Assembly (NCBI RefSeq): GCF_009914755.1
Contig: NC_060928.1
DNA: 64,000 nt
Strand: one strand, 5' to 3'
From: the human T2T-CHM13v2.0 reference genome, Homo sapiens
Shown here: piece by piece, positions 24,605 through 37,000 of the stretch
How positions within the stretch are numbered: position 1 is the first letter of the stretch
Layout of the letters: each line of letters starts with the position of its first letter
The notes under the pieces: generated by a model
What the model was told of the DNA's origin: nothing
Seen by the model: the letters and a program-made list of their open reading frames with translations, nothing else
Databases searched by the model: none
Made by a program: the position numbers and the translations under genes

Positions 24605-27600
24605 CATTCTCAGAAACTTGTTTGTGATGTGTGTATTCAACTAACAGAGTTGAACTTTTGTTTTTACAGAGCCGTTTTAAAACACTCTTTTTGTGGAATC
24701 AGAAAGTGGATATTCGGATGGCTCTGAGGATTTCGTTGGAAGCGGGATTACATATAAAATCTAGAGAGAAGCATTCTCAGGAACTTCTTTGTGATGTTTG
24801 CATTGAAGTCACAGAATTGAACATTCACTTTGATAGAGCAGGTTTGAAACACTCATTCTGTAGTATCTGGAAGTGGACATTTCAAGCGCTTTCAGGCCTA
24901 TGGTGAGAAAGGAAATATCTTCGAATAAAAACTAGACAGAAGCATCCTCAGAAACTTATTTGTGATGTGTGTCCTCAACTAACAGAGTTGAAACTTTGTT
25001 TAGATACAGCATTTTGGAAACACTCTTTTTGTAGAATCTGCAGGTGGATATTTGGATAGCTTAGAGGGATTCGTTGGAAAGGGGATATCTTCATATAAAA
25101 TCTAGACAGAAGCATTCTCAGAAACTTATTTGTGATGTGTGTCCTCAACTAACAGAGTTGAACCTTGGTTTTGATACAGCATTTTGGAAACACTCCTTTT
25201 GTAGAATCTGCAGGTGGATATGTGGATAGCTCTGAAGATTTCGTTGGAAACGGGAATTTCTTCATATAAAATCAAACAGAAGCATTCTCAGAAACTTCTC
25301 AGTGATGTTTGCATTCAGCTCATGGAGTTGAACACTTCCTTTCATAGAGCCGGTTTGAAACACTCTTTCTGCACTACCTGGAAGAGGACATTTCGAGCGC
25401 TTTGAGTCCTATGGTGAAAAAGGAAATATCTTCTCATAAAAACCAGAAAGAAGCATTCTCAGAAACTTCTTTGTGTTGTGTGTACTCAAGTAACAGTGTT
25501 GAACCTTCCTTTTGACACAGCAGTTTTGAAACACTCTTTTTGTAGAATCTGCAAGTGGATATTTGGATAGCTTTGAGGATTTCGTTGGAAACGGGTTATC
25601 TTCATATAAAATCCAGACAGGAGCATTCTCAGAAACTTCTTTGTGCTGCATGTCCTCAATTCACAGAGCTGAACCTTTGTTTGGATACAGCATTTTGGAA
25701 ACATTCCTTTAGTAGAATCTGCAAGTTGATATTTAGATAGCTTTGAAGATTTCGTTGGAAACGGGAATATCTTCATAGAAAATCTAGACGGAAGCATTCT
25801 CAGAAACTGCTTTGTGATGTTTGCATTCAAGTCACAGAGTTGAATATTCCCTTTTATAGAGTAGGTTTGAAACACTCTTTCGGCACTACCTGGAAGTGGA
25901 TATTTCGAGCTCTTTGAGGCCTATGGTTAAAAGGAAATATCTTCCCATAAAAACTAGACAGAAGCCGTCTCAGAAACTTGTTTGTGATGTGTGTATTCAA
26001 CTAACAGAGTTGAACATTTCTGTTACAGAGCAATTTTAAAACACTCTTTTTGTGGAATCTGAAAGTGGATAATTGGATAGCTTTGTGGATTTCGTTGGAA
26101 ACGGGATGACGTATAAAATCTAGAGAGAAGCATTCTCAGGAACTTCTTTCTGGTGTTTGCATTCAAGTCACAGAATTGAACATTCCTTTTCATAGTGCAG
26201 GTTTGAAACACTCTTTCTGTAGTATCTGGAAGTGGACATTTCAAGCGCTTTCAGGCCTACGGGGAGAAAGGAAATATCTTCGAATAAAAACTAGACAGAA
26301 GCATCCTCAGAAACTTATTTGTGATGTGTGTCCTCAACTAACAGAGTTGAAACTTTGTTTTGATACAGCATTGTGGAAACACTCTTTTTGTAGAATCTGC
26401 AGGTGGATATTTGGATAGCTTAGAGGGATTCGTTGGAAAGGGGATATCTTCATATAAAATCTAGACAGAAGCATTCTCAGAAACTTATTTGTGATGTGTG
26501 TCCTCAACTAACAGAGTTGAACCTTGGTTTTGATACAGCATTTTGGAAACACTCCTTTTGTAGAATCTGCAGGTGGATATGTGGATAGCTCTGAAGATTT
26601 CGTTGGAAACGGGAATTTCTTCATATAAAATCAAACAGAAGCATTCTCAGAAACTTCTCAGTGATGTTTGCATTCAGCTCATGGAGTTGAACACTTCCTT
26701 TCATAGAGCCGGTTTGAAACACTCTTTCTGCACTACCTGGAAGAGGACATTTCGAGCGCTTTGAGTCCTATGGTGAAAAAGGAAATATCTTCTCATAAAA
26801 ACCAGAAAGAAGCATTCTCAGAAACTTCTTTGTGTTGTGTGTACTCAAGTAACAGTGTTGAACCTTCCTTTTGACACAGCAGTTTTGAAACACTCTTTTG
26901 GTAGAATCTGCAAGTGGATATTTGGATAGCTTTGAGGATTTCGTTGGAAACGGGTTATCTTCATATAAAATCCAGACAGGAGCATTCTCAGAAACTTCTT
27001 TGTGCTGCATGTCCTGAATTCACAGAGCTGAACCTTTGTTTGGATACAGCATTTTGGAAACATTCCTTTAGTAGAATCTGCAAGTTGATATTTAGATAGC
27101 TTTGAAGATTTCGTTGGAAACGGGAATATCTTCATAGAAAATCTAGACGGAAGCATTCTCAGAAACTGCTTTGTGATGTTTGCATTCAAGTCACAGAGTT
27201 GAATATTCCCTTTTATAGAGTAGGTTTGAAACACTCTTTCGGCACTACCTGGAAGTGGATATTTCGAGCTCTTTGAGGCCTATGGTTAAAAGGAAATATC
27301 TTCCCATAAAAACTAGACAGAAGCCGTCTCAGAAATTTGTTTGTGATGTGTGTATTCAACTAACAGAGTTGAACATTTCTGTTACAGAGCAATTTTAAAA
27401 CACTCTTTTTGTGGAATCTGAAAGTGGATAATTGGATAGCTTTGTGGATTTCGTTGGAAACGGGATGACGTATAAAATCTAGAGAGAAGCATTCTCAGGA
27501 ACTTCTTTCTGATGTTTGCATTCAAGTCACAGAATTGAACATTCCTTTTCATAGTGCAGGTTTGAAACACTCTTTCTGTAGTATCTGGAAGTGGACATTT

Positions 27601-28514
27601 CAAGCGCTTTCAGGCCTACGGGGAGAAAGGAAATATCTTCAAATAAAAACTAGACAGAAGGATTCTCAGAAACTTATTTGTGATGTGTGTCCTAAACGAA
27701 CACAGTTGAACCTTTGTTTTGATACAGCATTTTGGAAACACTCCTTTTGTAGGATCTGCAGGTGGATATTTGGATAGATTTTAAGATTTCGTTGGAAACG
27801 GGAGTTTCTTCATAGAAACTCAAGACAGATGCATTCTCAGAAACATCTCTGTGATGTTTGCATTCCACTCATAGAGTTGAAAACTTCCTTTCATAGAGCA
27901 GGTTTGAAACACTCTTTTTGTAATATTTGGAAGTGGACATTTGCAGCGCTTTGAGGCCTATGGTGAAAAAGGAAATATCTTCTCATAAAAACCAGAAACA
28001 AGCATTCTCAGAAACTTCTTTTTGATGTGTGTACTCAAGTAACAGAGCTGAACCTTCCTTTTGACACAGCAGTTTTGAAACAATCTTTTTGTAGAATCTG
28101 CAAGTGGATATTTGGATAGCTTTGAGGATTTCGTTGGAAACGGGATATCTTCATATAAAATCTAGACAGAAGCATTCTCAGAAACTTCTTTGTGCTGTAT
28201 GTCCTCAATTAACAGAGTTGAACCATTGCTTGGATACAGCATTTTGGAAACATTCCTTGAGTAGAATCTGCAAGTTGATATTTAGATAGATTTGAAGATT
28301 TCGTTGGAAAAGGGAATATCTCCATATAAAATCTAGAGGGAAGCATTCTCAGAAACTGCTTTGTGATGTTTCCATTCAAGTCACAGAGTTGAATATTCCC
28401 TTTTATAGAGCACGTTTGAAACACTCTTTCTGCACTATCTGGAAGTGGACATTTCGAGCGCTTTGAGGCCTATGGTGAAAAAGGAAATATCTTCCCATAA
28501 AAACTAGACAGAAG
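24605..28514 (+). repeat. 23-mer unit (3910 bp): a 15-mer with an internal 8-monomer tandem duplication
   Basis: Order is m1-5, m10-13, m14/2 hybrid, m3-5, m10-19. 3910 = 2551 + 1359, and paired ORFs are offset by 1359 bp (25214/26573, 25555/26914). Confidence 0.9.
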
Positions 28515-31065
28515 CATTCTCAGAAACTTGTTTGTGATGTGTGTATTCAACTAACAGAGTTGAACTTTTGTTTTTACAGAGCCGTTTTAAAACACTCTTT
28601 TTGTGGAATCAGAAAGTGGATATTCGGATGGCTCTGAGGATTTCGTTGGAAGCGGGATTACATATAAAATCTAGAGAGAAGCATTCTCAGGAACTTCTTT
28701 GTGATGTTTGCATTGAAGTCACAGAATTGAACATTCACTTTGATAGAGCAGGTTTGAAACACTCATTCTGTAGTATCTGGAAGTGGACATTTCAAGCGCT
28801 TTCAGGCCTATGGTGAGAAAGGAAATATCTTCGAATAAAAACTAGACAGAAGCATCCTCAGAAACTTATTTGTGATGTGTGTCCTCAACTAACAGAGTTG
28901 AAACTTTGTTTTGATACAGCATTTTGGAAACACTCTTTTTGTAGAATCTGCAGGTGGATATTTGGATAGCTTAGAGGGATTCGTTGGAAAGGGGATATCT
29001 TCATATAAAATCTAGACAGAAGCATTCTCAGAAACTTATTTGTGATGTGTGTCCTCAACTAACAGAGTTGAACCTTGGTTTTGATACAGCATTTTGGAAA
29101 CACTCCTTTTGTAGAATCTGCAGGTGGATATGTGGATAGCTCTGAAGATTTCGTTGGAAACGGGAATTTCTTCATATAAAATCAAACAGAAGCATTCTCA
29201 GAAACTTCTCAGTGATGTTTGCATTCAGCTCATGGAGTTGAACACTTCCTTTCATAGAGCCGGTTTGAAACACTCTTTCTGCACTACCTGGAAGAGGACA
29301 TTTCGAGCGCTTTGACTCCTATGGTGAAAAAGGAAATATCTTCTCATAAAAACCAGAAAGAAGCATTCTCAGAAACTTCTTTGTGTTGTGTGTACTCATG
29401 TAACAGTGTTGAACCTTCCTTTTGACACAGCAGTTTTGAAACACTCTTTTGGTAGAATCTGCAAGTGGATATTTGGATAGCTTTGAGGATTTCGTTGGAA
29501 ACGGGTTATCTTCATATAAAATCCAGACAGGAGCATTCTCAGAAACTTCTTTGTGCTGCATGTACTCAATTCACAGAGCTGAACCTTTGTTTGGATACAG
29601 CATTTTGGAAACATTCCTTTAGTAGAATCTGCAAGTTGATATTTAGATAGCTTTGAAGATTTCGTTGGAAACGGGAATATCTTCATAGAAAATCTAGACG
29701 GAAGCATTCTCAGAAACTGCTTTGTGATGTTTGCATTCAAGTCACAGAGTTGAATATTCCCTTTTATAGAGTAGGTTTGAAACACTCTTTCGGCACTACC
29801 TGGAAGTGGATATTTCGAGCTCTTTGAGGCCTATGGTTAAAAGGAAATATCTTCCCATAAAAACTAGACAGAAGCCGTCTCAGAAACTTGTTTGTGATGT
29901 GTGTATTCAACTAACAGAGTTGAACATTTCTGTTACAGAGCAATTTTAAAACACTCTTTTTGTGGAATCTGAAAGTGGATAATTGGATAGCTTTGTGGAT
30001 TTCGTTGGAAACGGGATGACGTATAAAATCTAGAGAGAAGCATTCTCAGGAACTTCTTTCTGATGTTTGCATTCAAGTCACAGAATTGAACATTCCTTTT
30101 CATAGTGCAGGTTTGAAACACTCTTTCTGTAGTATCTGGAAGTGGACATTTCAAGCGCTTTCAGGCCTACGGGGAGAAAGGAAATATCTTCAAATAAAAA
30201 CTAGACAGAAGGATTCTCAGAAACTTATTTGTGATGTGTGTCCTAAACGAACACAGTTGAACCTTTGTTTTCATACAGCATTTTGGAAACACTCCTTTTG
30301 TAGGATCTGCAGGTGGATATTTGGATAGATTTTAAGATTTCGTTGGAAACGGGAGTTTCTTCATAGAAACTCAAGACAGATGCATTCTCAGAAACATCTC
30401 TGTGATGTTTGCATTCCACTCATAGAGTTGAAAACTTCCTTTCATAGAGCAGGTTTGAAACACTCTTTTTGTAATATTTGGAAGTGGACATTTGCAGCGC
30501 TTTGAGGCCTATGGTGAAAAAGGAAATATCTTCTCATAAAAACCAGAAACAAGCATTCTCAGAAACTTCTTTTTGATGTGTGTACTCAAGTAACAGAGTT
30601 GAACCTTCCTTTTGACACAGCAGTTTTGAAACAATCTTTTTGTAGAATCTGCAAGTGGATATTTGGATAGCTTTGAGGATTTCGTTGGAAACGGGATATC
30701 TTCATATAAAATCTAGACAGAAGCATTCTCAGAAACTTCTTTGTGCTGTATGTCCTCAATTAACAGAGTTGAACCATTGCTTGGATACAGCATTTTGGAA
30801 ACATTCCTGGAGTAGAATCTGCAAGTTGATATTTAGATAGATTTGAAGATTTCGTTGGAAAAGGGAATATCTCCATATAAAATCTAGAGGGAAGCATTCT
30901 CAGAAACTGCTTTGTGATGTTTCCATTCAAGTCACAGAGTTGAATATTCCCTTTTATAGAGCACGTTTGAAACACTCTTTCTGCACTATCTGGAAGTGGA
31001 CATTTCGAGTGCTTTGAGGCCTATGGTGAAAAAGGAAATATCTTCCCATAAAAACTAGACAGAAG
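28515..31065 (+). repeat. 15-mer HOR variant (2551 bp), lacking four monomers (m6/m10 fusion)
   Basis: Marker spacing 28541 to 31092. The 681 bp missing equals m6+m7+m8+m9. Confidence 0.92.
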
Positions 31066-34000
31066 CATTCTCAGAAACTTGTTTGTGATGTGTGTATTCA
31101 ACTAACAGAGTTGAACTTTTGTTTTTACAGAGCCGTTTTAAAACACTCTTTTTGTGGAATCAGAAAGTGGATATTCGGATGGCTCTGAGGATTTCGTTGG
31201 AAGCGGGATTACATATAAAATCTAGAGAGAAGCATTCTCAGGAACTTCTTTGTGATGTTTGCATTGAAGTCACAGAATTGAACATTCACTTTGATAGAGC
31301 AGGTTTGAAACACTCATTCTGTAGTATCTGGAAGTGGACATTTCAAGCGCTTTCAGGCCTATGGTGAGAAAGGAAATATCTTCGAATAAAAACTAGACAG
31401 AAGCATCCTCAGAAACTTATTTGTGATGTGTGTCCTCAACTAACAGAGTTGAAACTTTGTTTTGATACAGCATTTTGGAAACACTCTTTTTGTAGAATCT
31501 GCAGGTGGATATTTGGATAGCTTAGAGGGATTCGTTGGAAAGGGGATATCTTCATATAAAATCTAGACAGAAGCATTCTCAGAAACTTATTTGTGATGTG
31601 TGTCCTCAACTAACAGAGTTGAACCTTGGTTTTGATACAGCATTTTGGAAACACTCCTTTTGTAGAATCTGCAGGTGGATATGTGGATAGCTCTGAAGAT
31701 TTCGTTGGAAACGGGAATTTCTTCATATAAAATCAAACAGAAGCATTCTCAGAAACTTCTCAGTGATGTTTGCATTCAGCTCATGGAGTTGAACACTTCC
31801 TTTCATAGAGCCGGTTTGAAACACTCTTTCTGCACTACCTGGAAGAGGCCATTTCGAGCGCTTTGAGTCCTATGGTGAAAAAGGAAATATCTTCTCATAA
31901 AAACCAGAAAGAAGCATTCTCAGAAACTTCTTTGTGTTGTGTGTACTCATGTAACAGTGTTGAACCATCCTTTTGACAGAGCAGTTTTGAAACACTCTTT
32001 TTGTAGAATCTGCAAGTGGATATTTGGATAGCTTTGAGGATTTCGTTGGAAACGGGATGACATATAATATCTAGAGAGAAGCATTCTCAGGAACTTCTTT
32101 GTGATGTTTGCATTCAAGTCACAGAATTGAACATTCCCTTTCATAGAGCAGGTTTGAAACACTCTTTCTCTAGTATCTGGAAGTGGGCATTTCAAGCGCT
32201 TTCAGGCCTATGGAGAGAAAGGAAATACCTTCAAATAAAAACTAGACAGAAGCATTCTCAGAAACTTATTTGTGATGTGTGTCCTCAACTAACAGAGTTG
32301 AACCTTTGTTTTGATACAGCATTTTGGAAACACTCCTTTTGTAGAATCTGCAGGTGGATATTTGGATACCTTTGAAGATTTCGTTGGAAACCGGAATATC
32401 TTCATATAAAATCAAGACAGAAGCATTCTCGGAAACATCTCTGTGATGTTTGCATTCAACTCAGTAGAGTTGAACACTTCCTTCCATAGAGCCGGTTTGA
32501 AACACTCTTTCTGCACTACCTGGAAGCGGACATTTCGAGCGCTTTGAGGCCTATGGTGAAAAAGGAAATATCTTCTCATAAAAACCAGAAAGAAGCATTC
32601 TCAGAAACTTCTTTGTGTTGTGTGTACTCAAGGAACAGTGTTGAACCTTCCTTTTGACACAGCAGTTTTGAAACACTCTTTTGGTAGAATCTGCAAGTAG
32701 ATATTTGGATAGCTTTGAGGATTTCGTTGGAAACGGGTTATCTTCATATAAAATCCAGACAGGAGCATTCTCAGAAACTTCTTTGTGCTGCATGTCCTCA
32801 ATTCACAGAGCTGAACCTTTGTTTGGATACAGCATTTTGGAAACATTCCTTTAGTAGAATCTGCAAGTTGATATTTAGATAGCTTTGAAGATTTCGTTGG
32901 AAACGGGAATATCTTCATAGAAAATCTAGACGGAAGCATTCTCAGAAACTGCTTTGTGATGTTTGCATTCAAGTCACAGAGTTGAATATTCCCTTTTATA
33001 GAGTAGGTTTGAAACACTCTTTTGGCACTACCTGGAAGTGGATATTTTGAGCTCTTTGAGGCCTATGGTTAAAAGGAAATATCTTCCCATAAAAACTAGA
33101 CAGAAGCCGTCTCAGAAACTTGTTTGTGATGTGTGTATTCAACTAACAGAGTTGAACATTTCTGTTACAGAGCAATTTTAAAACACTCTTTTTGTGGAAT
33201 CTGAAAGTGGATAATTGGATAGCTTTGTGGATTTCGTTGGAAACGGGATGACGTATAAAATCTAGAGAGAAGCATTCTCAGGAACTTCTTTCTGATGTTT
33301 GCATTCAAGTCACAGAATTGAACATTCCTTTTCATAGTGCAGGTTTGAAACACTCTTTCTGTAGTATCTGGAAGTGGACATTTCAAGCGCTTTCAGGCCT
33401 ACGGGGAGAAAGGAAATATCTTCAAATAAAAACTAGACAGAAGGATTCTCAGAAACTTATTTGTGATGTGTGTCCTAAACGAACACAGTTGAACCTTTGT
33501 TTTCATACAGCATTTTGGAAACACTCCTTTTGTAGGATCTGCAGGTGGATATTTGGATAGATTTTAAGATTTCGTTGGAAACGGGAGTTTCTTCATAGAA
33601 ACTCAAGACAGATGCATTCTCAGAAACATCTCTGTGATGTTTGCATTCCACTCATAGAGTTGAAAACTTCCTTTCATAGAGCAGGTTTGAAACACTCTTT
33701 TTGTAATATTTGGAAGTGGACATTTGCAGCGCTTTGAGGCCTATGGTGAAAAAGGAAATATCTTCTCATAAAAACCAGAAACAAGCATTCTCAGAAACTT
33801 CTTTTTGATGTGTGTACTCAAGTAACAGAGTTGAACCTTCCTTTTGACACAGCAGTTTTGAAACAATCTTTTTGTAGAATCTGCAAGTGGATATTTGGAT
33901 AGCTTTGAGGATTTCGTTGGAAACGGGATATCTTCATATAAAATCTAGACAGAAGCATTCTCAGAAACTTCTTTGTGCTGTATGTCCTCAATTAACAGAG

Positions 34001-37000
34001 TTGAACCATTGCTTGGATACAGCATTTTGGAAACATTCCTGGAGTAGAATCTGCAAGTTGATATTTAGATAGATTTGAAGATTTCGTTGGAAAAGGGAAT
34101 ATCTCCATATAAAATCTAGAGGGAAGCATTCTCAGAAACTGCTTTGTGATGTTTCCATTCAAGTCACAGAGTTGAATATTCCCTTTTATAGAGCACGTTT
34201 GAAACACTCTTTCTGCACTATCTGGAAGTGGACATTTCGAGTGCTTTGAGGCCTATGGTGAAAAAGGAAATATCTTCCCATAAAAACTAGACAGAAGCAT
34301 TCTCAGAAACTTGTTTGTGATGTGTGTATTCAACTAACAGAGTTGAACTTTTGTTTTTACAGAGCCGTTTTAAAACACTCTTTTTGTGGAATCAGAAAGT
34401 GGATATTCGGATGGCTCTGAGGATTTCGTTGGAAGCGGGATTACATATAAAATCTAGAGAGAAGCATTCTCAGGAACTTCTTTGTGATGTTTGCATTGAA
34501 GTCACAGAATTGAACATTCACTTTGATAGAGCAGGTTTGAAACACTCATTCTGTAGTATCTGGAAGTGGACATTTCAAGCGCTTTCAGGCCTATGGTGAG
34601 AAAGGAAATATCTTCGAATAAAAACTAGACAGAAGCATCCTCAGAAACTTATTTGTGATGTGTGTCCTCAACTAACAGAGTTGAAACTTTGTTTTGATAC
34701 AGCATTTTGGAAACACTCTTTTTGTAGAATCTGCAGGTGGATATTTGGATAGCTTAGAGGGATTCGTTGGAAAGGGGATATCTTCATATAAAATCTAGAC
34801 AGAAGCATTCTCAGAAACTTATTTGTGATGTGTGTCCTCAACTAACAGAGTTGAACCTTGGTTTTGATACAGCATTTTGGAAACACTCCTTTTGTAGAAT
34901 CTGCAGGTGGATATGTGGATAGCTCTGAAGATTTCGTTGGAAACGGGAATTTCTTCATATAAAATCAAACAGAAGCATTCTCAGAAACTTCTCAGTGATG
35001 TTTGCATTCAGCTCATGGAGTTGAACACTTCCTTTCATAGAGCCGGTTTGAAACACTCTTTCTGCACTACCTGGAAGAGGCCATTTCGAGCGCTTTGAGT
35101 CCTATGGTGAAAAAGGAAATATCTTCTCATAAAAACCAGAAAGAAGCATTCTCAGAAACTTCTTTGTGTTGTGTGTACTCATGTAACAGTGTTGAACCAT
35201 CCTTTTGACAGAGCAGTTTTGAAACACTCTTTTTGTAGAATCTGCAAGTGGATATTTGGATAGCTTTGAGGATTTCGTTGGAAACGGGATGACATATAAT
35301 ATCTAGAGAGAAGCATTCTCAGGAACTTCTTTGTGATGTTTGCATTCAAGTCACAGAATTGAACATTCCCTTTCATAGAGCAGGTTTGAAACACTCTTTC
35401 TCTAGTATCTGGAAGTGGGCATTTCAAGCGCTTTCAGGCCTATGGAGAGAAAGGAAATACCTTCAAATAAAAACTAGACAGAAGCATTCTCAGAAACTTA
35501 TTTGTGATGTGTGTCCTCAACTAACAGAGTTGAACCTTTGTTTTGATACAGCATTTTGGAAACACTCCTTTTGTAGAATCTGCAGGTGGATATTTGGATA
35601 CCTTTGAAGATTTCGTTGGAAACCGGAATATCTTCATATAAAATCAAGACAGAAGCATTCTCGGAAACATCTCTGTGATGTTTGCATTCAACTCAGTAGA
35701 GTTGAACACTTCCTTCCATAGAGCCGGTTTGAAACACTCTTTCTGCACTACCTGGAAGCGGACATTTCGAGCGCTTTGAGGCCTATGGTGAAAAAGGAAA
35801 TATCTTCTCATAAAAACCAGAAAGAAGCATTCTCAGAAACTTCTTTGTGTTGTGTGTACTCAAGGAACAGTGTTGAACCTTCCTTTTGACACAGCAGTTT
35901 TGAAACACTCTTTTGGTAGAATCTGCAAGTGGATATTTGGATAGCTTTGAGGATTTCGTTGGAAACGGGTTATCTTCATATAAAATCCAGACAGGAGCAT
36001 TCTCAGAAACTTCTTTGTGCTGCATGTCCTCAATTCACAGAGCTGAACCTTTGTTTGGATACAGCATTTTGGAAACATTCCTTTAGTAGAATCTGCAAGT
36101 TGATATTTAGATAGCTTTGAAGATTTCGTTGGAAACGGGAATATCTTCATAGAAAATCTAGACGGAAGCATTCTCAGAAACTGCTTTGTGATGTTTGCAT
36201 TCAAGTCACAGAGTTGAATATTCCCTTTTATAGAGTAGGTTTGAAACACTCTTTTGGCACTACCTGGAAGTGGATATTTTGAGCTCTTTGAGGCCTATGG
36301 TTAAAAGGAAATATCTTCCCATAAAAACTAGACAGAAGCCGTCTCAGAAACTTGTTTGTGATGTGTGTATTCAACTAACAGAGTTGAACATTTCTGTTAC
36401 AGAGCAATTTTAAAACACTCTTTTTGTGGAATCTGAAAGTGGATAATTGGATAGCTTTGTGGATTTCGTTGGAAACGGGATGACGTATAAAATCTAGAGA
36501 GAAGCATTCTCAGGAACTTCTTTCTGATGTTTGCATTCAAGTCACAGAATTGAACATTCCTTTTCATAGTGCAGGTTTGAAACACTCTTTCTGTAGTATC
36601 TGGAAGTGGACATTTCAAGCGCTTTCAGGCCTACGGGGAGAAAGGAAATATCTTCAAATAAAAACTAGACAGAAGGATTCTCAGAAACTTATTTGTGATG
36701 TGTGTCCTAAACGAACACAGTTGAACATTTGTTTTGATACAGCATTTTGGAAACACTCCTTTTGTAGGATCTGCAGGTGGATATTTGGATAGATTTTAAG
36801 ATTTCGTTGGAAACGGGAGTTTCTTCATAGAAACTCAAGACAGATGCATTCTCAGAAACATCTCTGTGATGTTTGCATTCCACTCATAGAGTTGAAAACT
36901 TCCTTTCATAGAGCAGGTTTGAAACACTCTTTTTGTAATATTTGGAAGTGGACATTTGCAGCGCTTTGAGGCCTATGGTGAAAAAGGAAATATCTTCTCA

